Positions 17,492 to 25,210 are shown, counted from the stretch's first letter. The stretch: 64,000 nucleotides of DNA from Candidatus Woesearchaeota archaeon (GCA_016784165.1 JADHVD010000003.1:6867-70866), one strand, 5' to 3'. Notes: generated from the sequence alone by a model not told the origin. Program-made: numbers and translations.

Positions 17492-18312
17492 TCCTCATCA
17501 ACCCCTTTCTCTTTTTTTGGTTTTTCAGCTTCTTCTTCAACAGGCTCTTGTTTAGTTTCTTGCACTTTATCTTTTCCACTAGAATCATCTTCACCGTCAC
17601 CAGATTTCTCTTTTGCTGATTTTGGTGTTTCTTTTACAGTTTTTCCACTTTTGCCTTCGCCAGCCCCTTCAATTTTTATAGCAGGACCCATAGTCATTTT
17701 AACAAGAACTTCAGAAATATTATGTTTACCTGTAGGTAAAATAGTTAAAAAATGATTATAAGCAGTTAAAATATTATCTGCAATTTCTTCATTAACCATA
17801 TCTTCATTACCAATTATGGTTTTAACACTACCACCGTTTTTAGTGCTTAATTTTACAGTTTTTTGTAATCTATTCTGCAATGGACCTAAATTTGCTTTTG
17901 GAGGTACAACACACCCAACTTTGGGATTGGGCATTTTTCCTCGAGGACCAAGCACTTGCCCAAAAGCACTAGCTACTTGTGGCATGATATTTGCTTGAGC
18001 AATAAAATAATCATATTCTTTTCCAATCTTCTTTAATTCTTTTTTACTTAATTTAGAAAATTCATCTTGCCTAATTGATTTGTTACATACTTTTTTAGCT
18101 TCATCTTCGAGTTCTGGACCAACCAAAGCACAAACTTTAGTTTCCTTCCCACGCTGATAATGAAGCTCAACAAAATCATCAAATTGATTCTCAGATTTCT
18201 TTAAATTTAAATGTTTTATATTTATAATTAGATCAAACTTTTGTTTAAAATTTCTCTTATTAGCTGTTTCTTTAGCTTCTTTAAGAGCTTTTAATATTTC
18301 TTCTTTTCTCAT
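17488..18312 (-). CDS. rpl1: Ribosomal protein L1 (uL1) with a roughly 55-aa Lys/Glu-rich tail
   Basis: The L1 core (FDLIINIKHLNLKK, VCALVGPELEDEAKK, FIAQANIMPQVA, LGPRGKMPNPK) is present. A GGAGGG Shine-Dalgarno lies 6 nt upstream. Confidence 0.85.
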   Translation of the reverse strand: MRKEEILKALKEAKETANKRNFKQKFDLIINIKHLNLKKSENQFDDFVELHYQRGKETKVCALVGPELEDEAKKVCNKSIRQDEFSKLSKKELKKIGKEYDYFIAQANIMPQVASAFGQVLGPRGKMPNPKVGCVVPPKANLGPLQNRLQKTVKLSTKNGGSVKTIIGNEDMVNEEIADNILTAYNHFLTILPTGKHNISEVLVKMTMGPAIKIEGAGEGKSGKTVKETPKSAKEKSGDGEDDSSGKDKVQETKQEPVEEEAEKPKKEKGVDEE

Positions 18313-18457
18313 TATCTACCCTCCTATCCGATAGGGATAGTCAAACGGGAACCACGTCATCTTATGTAGAATACATAAAAATCAATCCCAATTTAATCAA
18401 AAAACCTCTGTTCATTTATAAATATTACTATTAAATCCACTTATCAACATAATTGTC

Positions 18458-19162
18458 TTAAACATACACCTTCTTTTTATTTGAGCTACTTATGGAAATT
18501 TCACCAAACTCGCAATATTCACAAGTAGAATCCATAGATACCCATTCACTTTCTGATTTATATTTCCCAATAGCTTCAGTGAGATATGCTTCAACATAAA
18601 CATGGCCAGGCACAAACACAAACCGAGTGCTTATTCCAACTGCTTGCAATAAATTAGCCAGTAAAACAGAGAAATCGTCACAATCTCCACCGCCACTTTT
18701 CAAAGTTTCTTTAGCTGTCTTCACATATTCATCTGGAGGATCATTGATATAATTAAGATTATCCTTCTCCTTAACAAAGTAAAACAAAGCTTTAGCGTAA
18801 CAAACTTTATGCCCATTACATCCACTTTTACTCACAACCCCATCAGCAACCTGTTTTACAACTTCATCACCCGAATCTAAAAACTTCAAAAAATCCCTTT
18901 TATTATCAATTTCACGACTTTTATTCCCAACAATAATTTCATCAGGCAAAACCTCTCCAATTTTAGCAATATAATTAGGTTCAGGATCTAATTTTACCCC
19001 ATAATAAGGGATAATCATAGAAACAACTATTAGCGCAAGAAAAACAGCAAGAATATACCATAGAGCACTTCTTTCTTTTCGCAACTCTTCCTTTTCACTA
19101 TTCAACTGCTCTTCAACATCAATTGCTTCTTTAAGAAAATCTTCTTTCTTCATAACACCCAT
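18458..19162 (-). CDS. Membrane-anchored transglutaminase-like cysteine protease-fold protein
   Basis: Cys-His-Asp triad context is present: GGGDCDDFSVLLANLL, VPGHVYVEAY, WVSMDST. One TM helix is ILAVFLALIVVSMIIPYY. I chose the start at MGVMKKED (19160-19162); the track ORF extends to 19213. Confidence 0.65.
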   Translation of the reverse strand: MGVMKKEDFLKEAIDVEEQLNSEKEELRKERSALWYILAVFLALIVVSMIIPYYGVKLDPEPNYIAKIGEVLPDEIIVGNKSREIDNKRDFLKFLDSGDEVVKQVADGVVSKSGCNGHKVCYAKALFYFVKEKDNLNYINDPPDEYVKTAKETLKSGGGDCDDFSVLLANLLQAVGISTRFVFVPGHVYVEAYLTEAIGKYKSESEWVSMDSTCEYCEFGEISISSSNKKKVYV

Positions 19163-19228
19163 ATAGCTTAAAGGATATAAAAAATTAACTAAAAACAAGA
19201 TAAAAACAACCAACTGAAAACAATTTAA

Positions 19229-19972
19229 TTATTTCCCAAAACGCCTATTTCTTTTATTAAATTCCTCAAAAACAGCAATCAAATCAGATTTAGTAAATTC
19301 AGGCCACATTTCCTTAACAAAAAACCATTCAGAATAAGTGCTTTGCCAAGGCAGAAAATTAGAAGTCCTTTTTTCACCACTTGTTCTAATTATCAATTCA
19401 GGAGCATCATTCATATAAAGTGCTTCACCAAAACTTTCTTGATCAATATCATTAACATCCATTTCGCCAGACACAACTTTCCTCGCAATCTTTTTAGTAG
19501 CATCCACTATTTCTTCTCTTCCACCATAAGCCATTGCAAAATTAACAATATAATCGCCATAATCTTTAGTCATCTCCATAATTTTCTTCATTTTTTCATA
19601 TAATTCTGCAGGAAAGTTTTCAATTCTTCCAATAAATTTAATTTTTACTTTATCTTCATGAATTTTTTTCTCCTTCAATAATTTATCGAACTCATTATTA
19701 AAAATCTTCATCAAAAAATCAAACTCTTCTTTTGGCCTATTAAAATTTTGCATAGAAAAAGCATAAAGCGTCAACTCTTTAACCCCCAATTCCCTACACC
19801 AGTCAAGCAACCGTTCCAAATTTTCAGCACCAACTTTATGACCTTTCCATGGTTGTAGCGCAAGCCGTTTAGCATATCTCCTATTACCATCTAATATCAC
19901 AGCAATATGTTTTGGAACTTCAACTTTGCAAGCCACATCAACTTTATCAATTTCCTTACCCATAACCCTCAA
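19229..19972 (-). CDS. uppS: cis-Prenyltransferase (undecaprenyl/dolichyl-type diphosphate synthase)
   Basis: The motifs HIAVILDGNRRYAKR, LTLYAFSMQNFNRP and IRTSGEKRTSNFLPWQS are present. Confidence 0.85.
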   Translation of the reverse strand: MRVMGKEIDKVDVACKVEVPKHIAVILDGNRRYAKRLALQPWKGHKVGAENLERLLDWCRELGVKELTLYAFSMQNFNRPKEEFDFLMKIFNNEFDKLLKEKKIHEDKVKIKFIGRIENFPAELYEKMKKIMEMTKDYGDYIVNFAMAYGGREEIVDATKKIARKVVSGEMDVNDIDQESFGEALYMNDAPELIIRTSGEKRTSNFLPWQSTYSEWFFVKEMWPEFTKSDLIAVFEEFNKRNRRFGK

Positions 19973-20028
19973 CAGAATAAGATATTATATAAAAGTTTTG
20001 CTACATCAAAAATCAAACAATCAAAAAA

Positions 20029-20604
20029 TTACTCTAAGAACTTTTTTTCAAAAACAGCCACAAATACATCATCAGGAATCTTAATTCCTCCATCAACAAA
20101 CATCCGAGCCAGCTTCAGCCCTACAGCTCGTTTATCTAAATCACCTTCCCATTCACCATTCTCTTTCAATCTATAATTAATCAATGTAGTGACACTCAAA
20201 TTATTAAGATAGCCTTCATTAGATTCAATAGCAAATGAACGCCCATTGTAACAAAGCATCTTCCGCGTCTTATCCAAGTTCACAGCAACCTTTTCCTTTT
20301 TCCGCTTCATAATATTACCATCAGCTTCATCAAAACCAAATCCTTTTTTGTATAACTCCCATTTGACAAGGTCAGAAATAATCTGCCGTGACTCAGTTCC
20401 AGAAAGATAATCTCCCAACTCAACACTATAATGCATCTCTAAGAAATCTTCAAACTCAATTTTTTTACGCACAGTTTCTCTAAATTTATGCACTCTACCA
20501 AGGTATTTTTTTACCTTTTGTTTAACCCCTTTTCCTTTCTTCCATTTATTTTCTACAGCATACAAATAGTGCTTATCTTTCACCTTCTTTTTCCTCAGAA
20601 ACAT
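20029..20604 (-). CDS. Hypothetical protein
   Basis: This is a 191-aa ORF with a basic N-terminus (KHYLYAVENKWKKGKGVKQKVKKYLGRV) and no recognised catalytic motif. Confidence 0.4.
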   Translation of the reverse strand: MFLRKKKVKDKHYLYAVENKWKKGKGVKQKVKKYLGRVHKFRETVRKKIEFEDFLEMHYSVELGDYLSGTESRQIISDLVKWELYKKGFGFDEADGNIMKRKKEKVAVNLDKTRKMLCYNGRSFAIESNEGYLNNLSVTTLINYRLKENGEWEGDLDKRAVGLKLARMFVDGGIKIPDDVFVAVFEKKFLE

Positions 20605-20662
20605 AAGGGAAGTTAGGCACCAGCAAATATATAAACTTTTCTAAAAAATATTTTAGAAAAAT

Positions 20663-21307
20663 TTACTCCTTTATTATTTCTGCCTGGAACTTATACACCT
20701 TAGTGTCTTCATTTCTCCAAGCATCAGAATCAAGCCCTGCTTTGTGACATGTTTGTCTTAAGAATTCTTCACTACTCCATCCATATTCTTCAGCAACTTG
20801 TGGCAATAATAATCCTTTATACTCACCACTCTCAATAATTAACCCATCAGTCCCCACTTCAATTTTATCAAAATATTCCTCAACATTATCAACCCCACTA
20901 ACATTATCCACCCCACTAACATTATCAACTCCATCAACATTATCAACCCCACGAACATTATCATTCTCACCAACCTTAATCAATTTAGGTTTAGTCAAAA
21001 CAGAGATCTCAATCTTGATATCTTTCCACTCCCTTTTATCAAGTGGAACAAATCTAGGATCTTCAAAAGCTGCAGATTTAGCACACATAATAACCCCTTT
21101 CCATAAGGGAAAAATAGGTTCTATAAATCCAATACATCCACGCAAATTCTCCTCTTTCCCAGTTATTTCATTGAGCGTAACAAACACCCCTAATTTATCA
21201 GAAAACTTTTTCTTTAACTCATTACTAACATCCATCACCTTATCAGAAAAACGCGCCTCTATAACATCCTTCGTTAATTTTATCAGTTTTTTTGCAGAAT
21301 CAATCAT
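20663..21307 (-). CDS. AMMECR1-domain protein with an inserted GVDNV(S/D) hexapeptide repeat
   Basis: The signature LRGCIGFIEP is present, followed by GLLLPQV. The repeat insertion reads NVRGVDNVDGVDNVSGVDNVSGVDNVEE. Confidence 0.75.
   Translation of the reverse strand: MIDSAKKLIKLTKDVIEARFSDKVMDVSNELKKKFSDKLGVFVTLNEITGKEENLRGCIGFIEPIFPLWKGVIMCAKSAAFEDPRFVPLDKREWKDIKIEISVLTKPKLIKVGENDNVRGVDNVDGVDNVSGVDNVSGVDNVEEYFDKIEVGTDGLIIESGEYKGLLLPQVAEEYGWSSEEFLRQTCHKAGLDSDAWRNEDTKVYKFQAEIIKE
20883..20962. repeat. Roughly 4.5 tandem copies of an 18-bp unit (ACATTATCAACCCCACTA-like) inside the AMMECR1 gene
   Basis: Read directly; it encodes the GVDNVx repeats. Confidence 0.9.
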
Positions 21308-21361
21308 TTTTTAATCGTACTAAAAAAATCTTTAATTCTTTTTGTACGGATTGAAGAATTT

Positions 21362-21640
21362 TTAAATTCCTTTTATGGATTTAATAATTTCTTTTTTAAA
21401 AGAATCATTAACTTTTTGGAGTCTTTTGATAGCGCTCATTATAGTTTTCCTAGCATCACCTTTACTTTCAACAATTAGCTTAGGAACACCAATCAAAGGA
21501 TGATCAATGTGATATCCTGCAGATTTAGTATCTTTATCATTGTACAGTTCTTTAACTAATGCATTACAAAAACCATGACCAAGTCCTTTAAGTTCTAATG
21601 CAATTCTATTCTTTTTTTCTTCAATAATTTTGATTTCCAT
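21362..21640 (-). CDS. rpo11: DNA-directed RNA polymerase subunit L (Rpo11)
   Basis: The 92-aa protein contains IELKGLGHGFCNALVKELYNDKDTKSAGYHIDHPLIGVPKLIVES, the typical Rpo11/RpoL fold signature. Confidence 0.7.
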   Translation of the reverse strand: MEIKIIEEKKNRIALELKGLGHGFCNALVKELYNDKDTKSAGYHIDHPLIGVPKLIVESKGDARKTIMSAIKRLQKVNDSFKKEIIKSIKGI

Positions 21641-21798
21641 TGAAAATTTACAGGTACTGCCCGCTTCAGTTGCAGAGGAAATCCCTCAGCAAATTTTTAG
21701 TGAATCTTATGCGTATTAACCCTCTTTATTCACTTTAGCAAAAAAACAACTAGTCATTTATAAAACTTACTAAATATTTTCAAAATCTTTTTTTATAT

Positions 21799-22431
21799 TC
21801 ATTTAATTCTCACTATTCTCCAACATCCAACTTTAAATCTATATATTCTCCTAGTATGGAATTTATGCATAGCTTTTATTGGATAATCAAACTCCCAATA
21901 ACTCTGTACAACATAATTTTTCTTCTTTGCAAATCCTTTTATGAACTCATCACTCTCACTTTTGTGAAAACTATACACCACATCAGCAATTTCCATGGCC
22001 TTTTTTAAAAAAGACCTATCATTCCCTCTCACCTTGACCCCAAATGGGGGATTCTGTAATACTACATCAACTTCCTTATCAAATTCTTTTACATCATACA
22101 CTAAAAAAACTGCTTCCCCACCTATAGAACTCTCACTTTTGGCTTTTTCAAGGTTAGCTTTAGCCATATTAACAGCAGAACCATCTATATCGACGAGAAA
22201 AACCCTTTTAGCACCCAATAATAAAGCCCCAATACCCAATAAACCAGTACCGCAACCAAGATCAGCTATCACTTTCCCTTCTATATCACCCCTCATATAG
22301 GCTTCCCAGAGCACACATGCACCTATTTCGGCATCCATGCAATATTGTTCAAGTCTCACCTTAGGGTTCTCAAACCCCTTTAAACTAGCTAATAACACTG
22401 CTAATTCACCTTTAGATCGTATATTTTCCAT
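21799..22431 (-). CDS. SAM-dependent methyltransferase with an NPPF motif (METTL5-like / COG2263-type)
   Basis: The SAM-binding motif is [16 protein letters not shown] and the catalytic motif is VVLQNPPFG. Confidence 0.65.
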   Translation of the reverse strand: MENIRSKGELAVLLASLKGFENPKVRLEQYCMDAEIGACVLWEAYMRGDIEGKVIADLGCGTGLLGIGALLLGAKRVFLVDIDGSAVNMAKANLEKAKSESSIGGEAVFLVYDVKEFDKEVDVVLQNPPFGVKVRGNDRSFLKKAMEIADVVYSFHKSESDEFIKGFAKKKNYVVQSYWEFDYPIKAMHKFHTRRIYRFKVGCWRIVRIK

Positions 22432-22555
22432 ATTTACCCTTACAAACCCTCACTTTAACCTTGAATTACTTTAAAAATAATCCATTATTACCTATTTTTA
22501 TCAATATTACCACTTATATATAACTTTTCTTTCTAAATACATCATACATTTTTAT

Positions 22556-22915
22556 ATTACAAACTCTCACAAACTATTACAAACCATTACAATCTTTAGT
22601 AATTATCAACCATTCCCACTAATCCCTCTTAATTCCCATCAATTCCCATCAATTCCCATCAATTCCCAATAATCCCTCTTAATTCCCATCAATTATCTAC
22701 ATTCCCATTCTATTTTCTCCTCTATACTGATCATAATTTCAGTCCAACCCCATTCCCACTCCATTCCCACTCCATTCCCAAACTATTCCCAGTACGTTCC
22801 CACTCCAGTCCCACCAAAAAAACTCACACCCACTCAAAACCTTATTTTTAACCATTTCAAAGCCTTAATAATTCCCACATCTTTCCCACTCTATTCCCAA
22901 AACATTCCCAAAAAT
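22556..22915. repeat. Helically phased same-strand repeat arrays in a 516-bp non-coding region
   Basis: ATTACAA-type boxes occur at 22556, 22566 (variant), 22576 and 22586. TTCCCA boxes occur every 10 bp at 22613, 22633, 22643, 22653, 22663 and 22683, and at 22702 (19 bp after 22683). They occur every 11 bp at 22753, 22764, 22775, 22786 and 22797, with a variant at 22808. They occur every 11 bp again at 22872, 22883, 22894 and 22905. Confidence 0.9.
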
Positions 22916-22947
22916 TTATATATGAGAATGCTTTTATTACAAAAAGA

Positions 22948-23598
22948 ATGTTTTGGTCTAAAAAAAAATATGCAACAAAAGAAGATATTACGTCACTCCA
23001 TTCTACTTTAGCAGATTCTTTTAATAATGTAAAAACACACACATCTAACATCTTTGAATGGATCAATTATTTTCATCTTAAACACCAAGAACAAGAAAAA
23101 ATAATGGCAAATCAACAAAGACTTCTTCAACACATTCACGAAAAATTATCAACATCACCTCTTTCAAAACATGAAATAAGAGAAATTCTCGATGATCATT
23201 ACGCATTCAAAGAACTCCTTAATAGAATACAACAATTTGACCAACAAATTAACACAATCATGGATTCACACCAACCTATGCACGACAAAATTCATGAATT
23301 ACACTCAAGAATAGATCAAATAGAAAATCCACCAAAACCATCTTTTAAAGAAAAGTTAATTCAAAAAATAACTAGAAACTCTAAAGGTTATGTAAAAAAT
23401 TTAGTATTTTCTTTAATTCAAAAATATGAAAATATTTCATCTTTAAAATTAAGGGAAATAGTTGTAGATGAACAAGGATTATGTTCCAAAAGTTCTTTTT
23501 ACCGTATTCTTACAGAGATAGAGGAGTCAGATCATATAGATATTGTCAGGCAAGGGAACGAAAAATTATACCTTAGTAAATTAATTAAACGAATTTAG
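22948..23598 (+). CDS. Coiled-coil protein with a C-terminal winged-helix DNA-binding domain (paralog 1)
   Basis: It has a heptad-rich N-terminal two-thirds. The C-terminal LKLREIVVDEQGLCSKSSFYRILTEIEESDHIDIVRQGNEKLYLSKL looks like a wHTH. A TATA-like AAATTTATATAT lies about 25 bp upstream. Confidence 0.55.
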   Translation: MFWSKKKYATKEDITSLHSTLADSFNNVKTHTSNIFEWINYFHLKHQEQEKIMANQQRLLQHIHEKLSTSPLSKHEIREILDDHYAFKELLNRIQQFDQQINTIMDSHQPMHDKIHELHSRIDQIENPPKPSFKEKLIQKITRNSKGYVKNLVFSLIQKYENISSLKLREIVVDEQGLCSKSSFYRILTEIEESDHIDIVRQGNEKLYLSKLIKRI

Positions 23599-23644
23599 TA
23601 GAAAACTATTTAAACATCACTCTTTTTTCTTTATCTGTTGGGAT

Positions 23645-24208
23645 ATGGTAAACAATAATTCAAAAAATCAAGTTTCTCGTCGAGAAAAAGAACAATTAAA
23701 TAAAAAACTGAAATCTACTTTTAATAAAATTAAGAATGAATTTGAAGAACATCTCGACGCTATAAATGAAAACACAAACGAAATTCATTCTAATTATGAA
23801 TATCTTTGTGAATTAGATTCCAAAATAGATAAACTAAATGAAAAATTAGATGAAGTAATGATGTTTATTCAACACTTAGGAAAAAAACCATTAAAATTCA
23901 AAAAACCAACATTCAAAATAACACCTTTAACGAGAAAAGAACAAGAAATATTCTTAACTTTCTATACCCTAGAACAAGAGCAAGAATCCGTCACTTATTC
24001 AAAAATTGCTAAATATTTATGCTTACCTAATTTATTAGTTCAAAATTATATCACAAACCTTATTGAAAAAGGAATCCCAATCTATAAAAAATATTTAGAT
24101 AAAGAAGTTTATTTGAGACTTAGTCCACAATTTAGGGAACTTCAAGCAAAAAAGAATATTGTAAAAATTAATGAATCTGTTTCTAAGAAAATAGTATCTC
24201 AAAAATAG
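23645..24208 (+). CDS. Coiled-coil protein with a C-terminal winged-helix DNA-binding domain (paralog 2)
   Basis: It has the same architecture as paralog 1. STFNKIKNEFEEHLDAINENTNEI here compares with DSFNNVKTHTSNIFEWINYF there. The C-terminal segment is LTRKEQEIFLTFYTLEQEQESVTYSKIAKYLCLPNLLVQNYITNLIEKGIPI. Confidence 0.55.
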   Translation: MVNNNSKNQVSRREKEQLNKKLKSTFNKIKNEFEEHLDAINENTNEIHSNYEYLCELDSKIDKLNEKLDEVMMFIQHLGKKPLKFKKPTFKITPLTRKEQEIFLTFYTLEQEQESVTYSKIAKYLCLPNLLVQNYITNLIEKGIPIYKKYLDKEVYLRLSPQFRELQAKKNIVKINESVSKKIVSQK

Positions 24209-24340
24209 ATATTCAAATATCCAATACAAAATAAATATATCAAAAAGATTATTTAATAATATATAGTTTAAAGAATATAATAACCATAAAAAACTATTAA
24301 TAATTACTCGCTTAAAACTTTTAAGCAAAACTTAAAGGTT

Positions 24341-25150
24341 TTAGAGTTCATCTAAAGGGCTTTTTACCTTCTTCAATTCTTCTTTAGATACTCTTGTATA
24401 GATCTGAGTTGTTTGTAGATTGGAGTGCCCTAGTAATTCCTGTATTTTCCTAATATCTACTCCAGCCTCAAGCAGATGCGTTGCAAAACAATGTCTTAAA
24501 GTATGAGGGCTAACATTTTTAGTGATTCCAGCTCGTTTACTAGCATTCTTTACTATATCTTGTACATTCCTTGCACTAATCGCCCCATTCGGCCCTGAAA
24601 ACACATATTCCGACTCAGAAACCCTGCTTCCAAGGTATTTTTTCAATTCTTTAATCAAATTTTCAGAAAGAATAACAATTCTATCTTTTTTACCTTTACC
24701 GCCACGAACCCAAGCAATTTTTTCATCAAATTCAAGATCCCCCTTTTTTAACCCAATACATTCACTTAATCGTAAACCAGAAGAATATAACATTTTGATA
24801 ATCAATTTACTTTTTTCAGTTCCTGCAGAATTTATCAATCTTCGCACTTCTTCTTTAGAAAGCACAATTGGTAGCTTTTTATCAATTTTAGGGGTTTTGA
24901 AATTAACAACCCCTTTTTTTAGCACTTCATCATAAAAAAACTTTAACGCAGCTTTTACTAAACTAACAGAAGAAGCAGAATAATTTTCATCAGTTAAAAG
25001 ATGGCCAATATATTTTTTTATATCATCTTCCAAAACATCATCCGGCGTTTTTTGGATATATTTAAGAAACAGCCTATTATAATACAAATAAGCCTTCAAA
25101 GTCTGCTTACTAAACCCCCTTAATTTCAATTCCGTAATTAATTTTTCCAT
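24341..25150 (-). CDS. xerA: Tyrosine recombinase of the XerA/XerC/XerD type
   Basis: The catalytic region HTLRHCFATHLLEAGVDIRKIQELLGHSNLQTTQIYTRV and SGLRLSECIGL (Arg box) are present. The N-terminal SAM-like core-binding domain is LRGFSKQTLKAY. Confidence 0.85.
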   Translation of the reverse strand: MEKLITELKLRGFSKQTLKAYLYYNRLFLKYIQKTPDDVLEDDIKKYIGHLLTDENYSASSVSLVKAALKFFYDEVLKKGVVNFKTPKIDKKLPIVLSKEEVRRLINSAGTEKSKLIIKMLYSSGLRLSECIGLKKGDLEFDEKIAWVRGGKGKKDRIVILSENLIKELKKYLGSRVSESEYVFSGPNGAISARNVQDIVKNASKRAGITKNVSPHTLRHCFATHLLEAGVDIRKIQELLGHSNLQTTQIYTRVSKEELKKVKSPLDEL

Positions 25151-25163
25151 TTTGTGCTTAAAA

Positions 25164-25193
25164 ATACGCGTATAATGTACCTTATACGCGTAT
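25164..25193. other. dif-like recombination site or operator: ATACGCGTATAA-TGTACC-TTATACGCGTAT
   Basis: It has perfect 12-bp inverted arms around a 6-bp spacer, 14 bp upstream of the xerA start codon. The inner ATAA-TGTA..-TTAT matches the E. coli dif core as I remember it. Confidence 0.55.
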
Positions 25194-25210
25194 CTATATA
25201 AATCTTCCCA

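Noticed and set aside
16299-17755. Plus-strand ORFs lie opposite the P0 and L1 genes (16299-16754, 17025-17555, 17474-17755).
   Set aside because: They are antisense to highly conserved ribosomal genes and have a Ser/Phe-rich low-complexity composition.
18355-18372. The 10-mer CATCTTATGT is shared by the L1 and S6e upstream regions, with ATCTTATG also near rpo11 and at 49091.
   Set aside because: The motif is short and AT-rich. One occurrence simply contains a start codon of a plus-strand ORF, and positions relative to TATA boxes are only roughly similar. It cannot be distinguished from chance without genome-wide statistics.
20029-20604. I considered a transposase-like reading of the 191-aa ORF, whose N-terminus KHYLYAVENKWKKGKGVKQKVKKYLGRV resembles N-termini of some IS transposases.
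   Set aside because: It is too short, no DDE-type catalytic region is recognisable, and there are no terminal inverted repeats around it.
21330-21362. I considered a fifth, degenerate member of the hairpin family (TAATTCTT-TTTGTACGGAT-TGAAGAATT).
   Set aside because: It shares only TTGAAGA with the family core and lacks the CTTG boxes. It looks like an ordinary intergenic hairpin between the AMMECR1 gene and rpo11.
22790-22815. There is a similarity to an archaeal origin recognition box (GTTCCCACTCCAGTCCCACC versus ORB cores containing TCCAGTGGAAA).
   Set aside because: Only a TCCAGT half matches and there is no dyad. No orc1/cdc6 gene is nearby. The possibility is kept only as an alternative within the phased-array finding.
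22857-23066. A minus-strand 69-aa ORF spans the third TTCCCA array and the start of the next gene.
   Set aside because: It overlaps a repeat array and a better-supported plus-strand gene that has a TATA box. It is most likely spurious.
24095-24328. A minus-strand 77-aa ORF lies between the wHTH gene and xerA.
   Set aside because: It has an AT-rich low-complexity product (Leu/Phe/Tyr/Asn), overlaps the 3-prime end of the plus-strand gene and covers terminator-like palindromes.
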